Of a DNA stretch of 64,000 nucleotides, positions 54,576 through 64,000 are shown piece after piece. The first letter of the stretch is position 1. Each line of letters starts with the position of its first letter. Position numbers and translations under genes: made by a program. Below the pieces are notes generated by a model. The model was not told the origin of the DNA. It did no database searches and was given only the letters and a program-made list of their open reading frames with translations. Location of the stretch: positions 33,158,388 to 33,222,387 of the forward strand of contig NC_092670.1 in the NCBI RefSeq assembly GCF_964355755.1, in the 5' to 3' direction. This DNA comes from Antedon mediterranea (Eukaryota; Animalia; Echinodermata).

Positions 54576-57500
54576 ATTTAACTATTATTGCAAAATTACA
54601 GCTCCCTGTGTTGTTATACGCATCCCTAATATTGAACACAAACAGGTGACTTCCAATCGCAAGAACAGAAGGAAATACATCTACTGGATTCGGTGAGATT
54701 TTCAAAGGTTCTTTGAAGTTGTCAGTTGCAATAATATCGGCTGAATAGTCAACGGTGGCCGTGGGTTTATTCAAATCAGTTAATACTATCAAATTGTTAG
54801 ACGGACAAGTCAAAACAGGAGGTTTGATATCTATGGAAAATGAGTAAAATTTATCAATCTATATTTATTTTCTTGTAAATAAACGGAGACATCATATGAT
54901 GTCTCCGTGACGATAGATAATTTTTGTAAAACTACAGCTCCCTTATTGACACAAACATATGTCTTACATACTTACACATTTCACATATAGCTACATAACG
55001 ATCTTCACAGTTGCAATCATTCCAACTTTGTCTATTTCGAAGCAAAGCCACGCAATCTTCGTTATTTTTCCAATTGTTTGGTTCATTGAAACTCCAATCT
55101 AAATGATCAATAACTATAAAAACAAACTCACCAACATCATCATCGTTGTCGTCGTCAGCGTCTTCGTCGTCGTTATCATCGTCATCATCATTATCATCAT
55201 CATCATCATCGGCATTTTGCCGTTCGCTCGCAAACTACGAGTGAAGTATGACGTCATAACACTGAACAAGTTTACCAAACTCACCATCATCGTCATGTAT
55301 CGCCGTGCTTAAAATACAACGAGGCGCATTTGGGCTAGGACTGTTGTGACAGTAACTCCATTACGGGGATTTAATATTTACAAGATATAAAAACATAGGC
55401 CTACTTGTATAGTTCGATTTTCTTCCTGACAACCACTCAAATTGTCCTTCTCTTTTTAAATCATTGTATCCAATCCAAGCTTTGTTTATTGAATTCCGGA
55501 TAACCAATTGGTTAAGTATCCACAAGTCTTCGCTTTCACTTGAAATTTCAACCAAATTCCCACTAATATTATAGCATACGTCTTTCCCGGAATTCCACGT
55601 ATCAGGTTCATCGGTGAGATGGTAGCATTTTAAAAATTGAGAGCTATAGTGCCATCCAGTTGGACACCCTACAAACACAATGTATTTGTACTATGTGTAT
55701 TGCGAACAAATAAATTTGCCTACAGTCTACTGTAGGCCTAATTTAATTCAATAAAAATGCGTATTATTAGGCGGATTAATAAGGAATAAGATACTAATAG
55801 AAGGTGAGCTCACTTCGGGCACTCATCCTCTAATAAATACGGTAGACCTAATTGGTATTTTCAATATTTTATTTCGTTTCTTTTTTTATTTCGATTTCTG
55901 ACTTATTCATTTTATATACTAATTTTAATATATAATCCGATGATTTATGAATATATTTGATTTGAATGTTATTATTATAAATTGTTTTTGCTAAAATGTT
56001 CCAGACTTCTTATCAGTTGCGTTCCCTTTAAAATATACAAATTCGCACCCAGTTTTAATCCTGCGTACAGCTATGTATACCTAACAGTTATTTCAACAAC
56101 AAAATAGATGTTGTCCATTCCTATATTAGATGCCCATATAACCATAAAACACTGTATTGTATTTGTCCCAAAAGCACCAAACGCGAGAAAGCTAACTAGT
56201 AGGTAGGCCTACCTGCAGTAAACAGACAAAAACATGGATTACATGTCGAGATCAATCGTCATTGTAGTAGACCGAACTGCCAGGTAATTAAAACAACGTC
56301 ACACAGAGCCTTCTATTGTACTGACTGCCACCGGAGAGACAACTAGCGTCAAGTTATATTAAATCATACATATACACGTGTACCTAGGTGACAATTAGCA
56401 TGCAAATGTAAGATGTTTATTGGTCTTGGTTAACATGTTTTGAATCACAGAGCCATGGTTTTATATCATGGTTCTGTAACAATATCATAATTTATCTTAC
56501 GACTAGTTAATAGGCATTGTCTGTAAGAATCAAAGAAATATCAAAAATGGAAAAAAATCGATTTCTTTCAAATTTTACACATAGGTGTATATGTGTTGAG
56601 AGAAATCAAATATGAAGTATTTTTTATTTCACACATATATTCCCATGGCAACGGGAAAATTTGTGTTTTTGACAAATTTTGTCCTTTTTAAGGTTTTTTT
56701 AAAAAAGATATTGGTACTATTTGTTGAACGATATTTTTGTTTTGTTGATTTTATTATAAAAAACAATTATTGTATGCATAAAAACAATGCATTGTGTACC
56801 TGTAACATATTTTTTTTAATATGTTTGATTTTATACTTTGGGAGATACCATTTATTTTAAAAGGGGTGTTTTTGAGTTTTTTTAAATTGTTAAGAACAAC
56901 TAAACTTTACTTCACCATAACGCCCAAAGTGGTGCATTTTTTTAAGCTGATTTATTACAAATAGGTAGTTCTAATGTATAATAAGTGATTTCTAAAAATA
57001 AAATACTGGGGTAATTTAAAAATCTACAAGCAGTGTTGCCAGAAACATAGGCATTTAAAAAAAAACATGGTATATTAGTAAAACAAATTTATTTTTCTTT
57101 GATTATCTGATTTTAAACCCATTGGTCAGAACAATTCTTAATGTTTTATATAATTCTAGTTGTGTTGTGAGAAAAAAAACACAATATCTTTAATTATAGA
57201 TTCTGTAATTTCCAGTTTTAACGTCATTGTATAGGTTATTCAATTCAATCACCACTTCCGACTCCCCCCCCCCCCACCCCCCACCCCCACAATAACCACA
57301 AAAAGACTTGTGTCGGTCATCCACTATATAGAGAGTAAAATGCATGCAGTCAAGCAGCCACCCACACTGCCGCTACCATCGCCCCAACCAATAGACGGAT
57401 TCAAAATCCTCCATCACACAACACCCACCTCCAAACCCCCCACCTACCCCAAGTTTAAAATTGTAATGCAAGAGATAGGACATAAAGTTAAGTTTTTAGA

Positions 57501-59333
57501 CCCTCGCCTCCAACCCCCTAACTATTTCAAAATCCTGGATCCACCACTTTCCCCTCCCCAAAATTGAAACAATTAAAAGTCAATGATATACTCAGGTATG
57601 TTAATGCTACATAACAAATATTGAAGCCTTGATGGGAAATTTCATTTCATTTAAGGTCAGCATGTAAAATATCACATTTTATATTTAATATTGGTTTTAA
57701 ATTTGTTGTTAATTTTATATTTTTTACTGTGATTGTTGAATTCAGTAGTAATTATTATTTGCATAGCAACAGTTACTAAACTAGATATTCTTTAGATTGT
57801 TCATAATTATCTTATACAAATTAAAATTTGTAGATAATTAGCAGGCATGCCTAATTTGCATATTACCATTTTATAGGGTCATATTCGTAAGGACTTTCGT
57901 TCGTAGAGAAACCCCGTACTTAGTTACGCATTGAAACAGATGCTCCTACAATACACTATAGATAAAATTTGACCTCAATATGTAAAATTTAATCATATTT
58001 TTTTCATGAAAACCCATTTTTTTTTTTTTTTTAAATTATCCTTATAGAAACAGGTTTAAGATAACTCTAAAGGTCAATTTTTAAACTTTATTCAGATTTG
58101 TCAGACTTTTTTCTCTGAAAAAGTAAAGTTGAGAAAAAGTACAAATGCAATCAATTCTTTGTATTCATAAAAATGTCATATTTTCTGGGTTTTTTTTAAT
58201 TACTTCCTTAGTTACACATAGAAATGGTTGCTAAGGTAAAACTATAGGTAAAAAAATGAAATTTGTTGAGAATTTTTATGAACTATCTTGTAAATTTTGA
58301 TAAAACATTAATAGTTGAAGTAAAGTGAGGACCTGTCCTGTTTTCCATTGTGACCTCTTTTGACCTCAAATGACCTATTTACAAGGTCAGATTTTTTGGG
58401 ACGTCTTTCTGTATCTCTTTACAAAAAATTGATGTTAAAATTTATAAAAAACTTGGAGGCAATTATTTCAAAGTTTTACATTAGTTTCCATCAACTAAAT
58501 AATATTCCAATGCAAAATACTGTTTTTCTGGCAATTAATTGAAATAAACTTGGCAACACATTCTTGTATTTTATCTAAACTATTTGTATGACTCTATTAG
58601 CATTATGACAAGCCAAATAAATATTTGATTCTGTGAAAAATGGAAACAACATCAAAATTTGGATAATTGACCGTTGTCATGGCAACGAAAGCTAAAAATT
58701 AAAATGAATGTTGTAGATATGCTTTTTATTAAAGTGTCTATTCATGGTAAACATTTGAGAGAAATCCATTTTTTTTACATCTGCCACCAAATATTTGATT
58801 TTTACAGACAATGGCTCTTCTTAAGTTTGAGTATGTAAATTGTTGGATATAGAGTTCTGCGGTGCTGACGTCACGACGGTAGGTGGCGCTGTGTGGACGG
58901 TAGGTAGCGCTGCGTGGTTGCTAGCCAACCAAAAAATGCGTTCAACCTTCCTGAGTGACGCCAAGGTCACCGATGGTTTAATAATTTTCAATAAATACAA
59001 ACTAAAATTTCAAAAGATCATTAAATATTTGTTTTTAATAATTTATTTATTCTTCAACAACAGTTTAAGTTTAAAAAAACCAAGCTAAGATACATAGTTT
59101 GGTAGAAATACAGATTTATATAGTTTATCAACATAGCGTTGAACGCATTTCTTGGTTGGCTAGCAACCACGCAGCCGATGCGTGGTTCGCAGTGCCATCT
59201 ATCACACCACAGGACTCTATGTGTACAACCGACCTGATACTTCTGGGTAATAATTTACAAACTCACCAGCATCAGAAATGACGTAGTATGTACCATCCAA
59301 AATTGACAGTAAAATACGTTCTTTTGGTTTCAT
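54576..59333 (-). CDS. Cassette/gene E: signal peptide - C-type lectin (EPN/WND) - HYR, with no intact GAIN/7TM exons following
   Basis: Exons 59267-59333, 55405-55668, 54976-55098 (NWSFNEPNNWKNNEDCVALLRNRQSWNDCNCEDRYVAICE) and 54576-54830 (HYR, closest to gene A HYR2). All are open and phase 1. It is a near-copy of gene C's 5' end. Confidence 0.75.
55135..55210 (+). repeat. Compound (CAT/CGT)n microsatellite
   Basis: Read directly. Confidence 0.85.
56511..58820. mobile_element. Paralogous copy of the TTAA element, without the nested insertions
   Basis: ttaa taggcattgtctgtaagaatcaaa ... tttacagacaatggctcttc ttaa. Confidence 0.68.
58840..59230. mobile_element. Small inverted-repeat element (MITE-like) next to the signal exon; partly deleted copy at about 6085-6320
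   Basis: gcgtggttgctagccaaccaaaaaatgcgttcaac / gttgaacgcatttcttggttggctagcaaccacgc, and outer agagttctgcggtg / caccacaggactct. Confidence 0.6.
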
Positions 59334-59539
59334 TTTGAAACCAAACTACTAAAATCATTGTAAATACAAGCAAACATATCACTGAACTTATTCCACTGAT
59401 GGTAATTTTGATGTGCACTAAATAACTAATACGAGAATAAACTAACGAAATGCCAAGGATAAAATTAGTAGACGTGTCATAAAATCTGATATTGTTATAT
59501 CAAATGTACTATAGAATAATATAATTTGTATCGACAAAA

Positions 59540-62500
59540 GCACATAAAAACGGGACTAACAACGGAATGTACAGCCGGCTGCCGGTGACGTAATTAACAC
59601 GATCAACGGCCAAACAGTAAACAGAGAACATAGTGCAGAGAAGCCAGTTTTTTTTTTCAAGGCTGATCAAATACCAACATGGAAAAGCTTTCTTAGAGAT
59701 GAAGACTTATGTATAGCCCTACTAAAAATAATCGCTGCAGAAAGTATAATCGGTGTCCACAAAATACGGAACTTATGGAGAATTTATCTAAATAATAGAA
59801 ATGAGTGAAACTAATTACGAATGTACTAAACATTATGAATTGTAATATTACAATACAGGATAACAATCCTTATTTGGCATACAACAACAAAGAAAAAACT
59901 AGAATAGTCATAAGGATATTACAAGTATCAATTGCTGACGTAGAAAGATAGCCTGCAAGTTGAAAGCGCTAGCATGCATACCGGGCTGTCTTTGTTGAAA
60001 AGCTAAAATCGCCAATACCAAGACAGATAATAATAAATGGTTTTAGAGCACGGGCTTTTCACGATGGTCAGGAAGTGAGATGCAACACATGTACAAAGAC
60101 TGGGCATTCAGAATTTCAATGTAAATCTGATATAATCTGTTTCAATTTTCATATACCAAGGCATACTAAGGACAGATGTAATGTTGAAGCGCATAATGTA
60201 TCATTATCTGGTTCACCTGGTGCATAATTATATTAATAAAGTTTGGGAATCAGTATTTAACTTTGACAACCCGAAAAAATGATAAAACTAACTATAACCA
60301 TTGCGGGAAAAGATCTACGGTACAATCAGAAACACATGATGAAGTGTGTAGTATGCCTGAAAGTATTGAATCATCAGATAATGAAAATGCGTAGAAAGAA
60401 ACAAGTAAAATCAATATAGAAAAACACACATATCACAATGAGCAGGAAGATAATGAAAGAGAGGAGCAAGAAGTGAACGAAAGAGAGGAGCAGGAAGTTG
60501 AATAAAGAGAGGAACAGGAAGTACAAGTAAGAAAAGACCAGAAAGCTAAAAAAAAAAGAGAGGAGTAGGAAGTTGAGGAAAGAGAGGAGCATGAGAAGAA
60601 GAAAGTAACTGACTACTTTGAAAACAGTATGCAAACAAGTAAAAGTGTTAGCACAAACAAGAAAGCAGCGAGAGCTCCGAAGGAACAGTCCGAAAATGAA
60701 GGTAGGACAGAAGAAAAAACAAAGAATATTGAAAAAAAAAAGTTTAAGAAACAGAAACAAAAAGTAATAGATTAATCTTAATAATATGTTTTAAATATTG
60801 TAATTTCCGTGTGAAGCTCTTTACTCTTATCCTATGAATTTACATTGTATAACACTAAACGTTAGAGGAGCTAGAAATATAAATAAGCAACATAAACTGT
60901 TCCAATGGGTATATGCCTGCTTCAGGAAACCCATCTAACAAATGAGATACTTTTAAGTATTAAAATAAATCAAATTTTGTTTTGGAAGGTGAAGCGATCC
61001 ATAGTATAGGTAATTCACGAAAAGGTCTTGAATGCGAAATTGTTAAAAAGATAACTGATGTTGATGGAAGAAATATATTTCTTAACTTAATTATAAAAAA
61101 AAGCATTGGACAGGATAAATATTTATGCTCCTAATGAAAGCAAAAATAGAAATGCGTTCTTCAGGATCATACACAAATGTTAGAATGACTTTGATGGAGG
61201 GAAGAATAATTCTATCATTGTAGGCGGAGATCTGAATTGCATCATAAATAGTGACATTGACCAAAAATGTAGCGCAAATAGGTATTATAATTCTGTTTTT
61301 AGGATTAAAAACCTAATAAAAAATTTAAATTTAAATGATATTTGGAGATCCAAAAACATGAATAAGCGACAGTTTACGTGGCGTAAGAAATTTAACAAAA
61401 ATTTCCGTAGGCTGGATTACTGGTTAATATCAGAAGATATCTTTTCAAATGGAGATGTTTTAGTCTGTGACATTCGTCCAGCTATTCTCACTGATCACCA
61501 TGCGGTATCAATTAAAATAGATTTGCATGAAAAAAATACGCAGTCCTGGTTTATAGATGTTTAACAATAGGTTCCTGAAATATAAAACTTTTACAAAATT
61601 AGTAATTAAAATAATCGATGTTTCAATACTAAAAAATAATAAAGAACCCGTAAGTGCAAGTTTGTTATGGGAGCTTTTAAAAACAAAAAGAAAAGAATTT
61701 TCAATTTCATACAGAAAACAAAACAAAATAAAATCCTGAATACAAAAAAAAATACAAAAAAACAAATAAAAAACTTAAATGAAACAATTATGAATAATCA
61801 AAATTGTGATATAACCATTGAAAATAAAATTGAAAAATGGGTTTGAAAAATAATGTCATAAACTCTAAAAAAATTAAGACATACCTTTGTAAATCTAATA
61901 TAAACAAGCTTTTAGTAATAGAAAATGAAATTGTGAAGGTTAAAAAAATTTGACTGATTTGCGTCCCATTACCCTCCTACGTTGAAACACCGGTTCTCGT
62001 CAGATCACTGAAGTTAAGCAACGTTGGGCCCGGTTGCGTTCTGGATGGGAGACCGTCTAGAAATCGTGGCGAGTGCTGTATATACTGGAGAGTGATGGTA
62101 ATATCGGACTAGCATGTGATAGGCATGGGTTCGAGGTTATCTGTACCATACTAATTGCATCCTTAGGCAAGATGCTTTACTCTCATTGCCTAATCTGGTA
62201 GGCGCTGCACTGTTGGCTGCCGTGGGTCCGTGGAGGGCCTAATCCGAATTTCCTCACTGAGGACTAATATTAATACAAAATACAAATAAAAATAAACATT
62301 GATTACAACATTCTTGCACATGTATTAAGCAATAGACTTAAAGTGGTTATTAAATCAATAGCAAGTACACACCAACAAGGCTATATAAAAGGCCGTTTCG
62401 CCGGTGAAAACATTCGGTTAATAAAAGACCTGCTTTATTATTAGAGATTTTATGTTCGATGTTCTAGAAAAGTTTAACTTTGGAATGTTCTTTTGTAACA

Positions 62501-64000
62501 GGGTAAAAGTGTTATATATTAACGTTGAATGTGTCACAGTTAACAATGGTTGGGTTTCAAACAATTTTTAAATGGAAAGAGGTATTAGACAAGTTGTCCT
62601 CTATCTGCTCTGTTATTTATTTTAGTGATCGAGGTAATGGCATCGAGAAGAAGAAACAAAGATGAATATAAGGGTATTAAACTTCCAATTAATAAAAAAA
62701 AACATAGGAGCTATAATAAGCCAATTAGCCGATGATACTTTTTTTGTATGTTGGTAATGACAAAAGTAAGACAGTGGTCAGTGTAATTGAACTTTTTTGT
62801 GAAGTATCTGGAATGACACTAAATAAAAAAAAAATGCTTTTTTGATTGGTAAAAGGAAGAACAGAATAGATAGTCCTTTAGAATTAATTTTAGGAATATA
62901 TGTAGGATATTATAAAGAAGAATGTACCAGAAAAAACTGGGATGTTAAATACTAATAGAGCTAGAAAGCTAGAAATCATGGAATGCTAGAAATCTCTCAA
63001 TTTTTGGTAGAATAGTAATCCTGAAAAGTCTTGTGCTAGCCTATCTAAATTAACATATGCTGCAAATATAACTGAAAATATGTATATACACAAGTTACAG
63101 ATCTACGATATAATTTTATCTAGAAAAGATTAAAGAAAAACTCTAATTGGTGATGAAGAGATGGGAGGCATTAAAATGCCTGATTTTACTTTTCATGTTA
63201 GCGCACTCATGTGTGGCTGGTTAAAAAGAATTATGAATGATGACGATGCTAAATAAATGGAAGTATTCCAATGTATTATATTAAAAAATGTGTTTGTTAG
63301 TTTGTTAGTTAGTTAGTTTATGTTTTACTTAATATGTCATGTTATAGTATTATGATGTTAATTCATATAATATTCCACTGTTTTACAAAAATGTGATAAA
63401 AGTCTACATAAATTATAACAACATCTCAAAAAAAAATTGAAACTTATAACGATATAATGAATGAGCAACTGTTGGAAAACCACTACGTTAAACTAAAAAA
63501 ATTGCTTTTCTACAAGCATTGGATTGCCAGTGGAATTATTCGTATTAACGACATTATTAAAAATAAAACTTGTTAACATCAAAAAAAATACTGGTGAAAC
63601 TACAATGTAAAACAAACTGGTTAAATAAGTATTTTGTGCATTACTAAGGCAATACCAATTCAGTGGAAACGTATTATTAAGAATGCAGATATTTTCAAAT
63701 GTGATGAAAATAATGAGTTAGTTGGGACCAAAATAAGATTAATACTACCAAACTAATATACTCATAGTTTGTGAAAGAATATTTCATTATTCCAATGTCA
63801 CAACTAAAATGGGAAGAGTACTTCAATGATAACAACATATATTGGAAAACATCTTGGTTACGAAAAGTATGTAAAATGAAGGATAAGAAACTAGCACAAT
63901 CAATTATAAGATGTAACATAGAATACTGCTTTCCAACAAACGGCTTTATTAGTGGAAAGTTAAAGAAACACAAACGTGTGACAAATGTGGATAAATTGAA
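59540..64000 (+). mobile_element. Degenerate L1/Tx1-clade LINE (ORF1 with zinc knuckles, ORF2 endonuclease + RT); runs off the right edge
   Basis: ORF1 remnants CNTCTKTGHSEFQC..CFNFHIPRHTKDRC (about 60080-60180). ORF2 remnants TLNVRG, LQETH, NIYAPN, GGDLN, DIWR, RLDYWLIS, TDH, RPITLL|NIDY, RGIRQ.CPLSALLF and QLADDT, with many stops and frameshifts. Confidence 0.88.
61980..62294 (+). mobile_element. Composite 5S-derived SINE (5S head + tRNA-like segment + CORE-like segment) inserted in the Tx1 RT
   Basis: 5S-like cgttgaaacaccggttctcgtcagatcactgaagttaagcaacg..gagtgctgta, then gggttcgag (B-box-like), ccttaggcaagatgctttactctcattgcct (CORE-like) and an A-rich tail. It splits the RT motif RPITLL/NIDY. 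Confidence 0.8.

Noticed and set aside
55103-55312. Poly-Ile/Val and poly-Met ORFs
   Set aside because: These are translations of a (CAT/CGT)n microsatellite.
60374-60760. 128-aa hydrophobic membrane-protein ORF on the minus strand
   Set aside because: It is the antisense reading of a purine-rich (Glu/Lys-rich) tract in the LINE ORF1 region.

Overview
This is AT-rich eukaryotic (animal) genomic DNA, probably from a marine invertebrate deuterostome such as an echinoderm; the taxon is inferred from the HYR/C-type-lectin content and repeat types. The window is a minus-strand tandem cluster of adhesion-GPCR-like genes built as signal peptide - C-type lectin (2 exons) - 1 to 5 HYR repeats - 5-nt micro-exon - short GAIN/GPS (HL|T) - secretin-type 7TM. 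I reconstructed the exons by hand from GT/GC-AG sites and reading phase. Gene B (24350-43800, 18 exons, about 714 aa, 1 HYR) is intact. Gene A (7717-20529, 5 HYR exons) has two frameshifted but skippable HYR exons. Gene C (5' end at 179-6446) runs off the left edge. Two ectodomain-only cassettes (D at about 47.8-49.0 kb, E at about 54.6-59.3 kb) sit upstream of gene B with no 7TM of their own. Introns and spacers hold many mobile elements: L2/CR1-, Tx1- and RTE-like LINE remnants, 5S- and tRNA-derived SINEs, Penelope remnants with hammerhead ribozymes, a solo LTR, Kolobok-/Harbinger-/pogo-like non-autonomous elements, HINE-like elements and a 2.5-kb foldback. No prokaryotic features or CRISPR arrays were seen.
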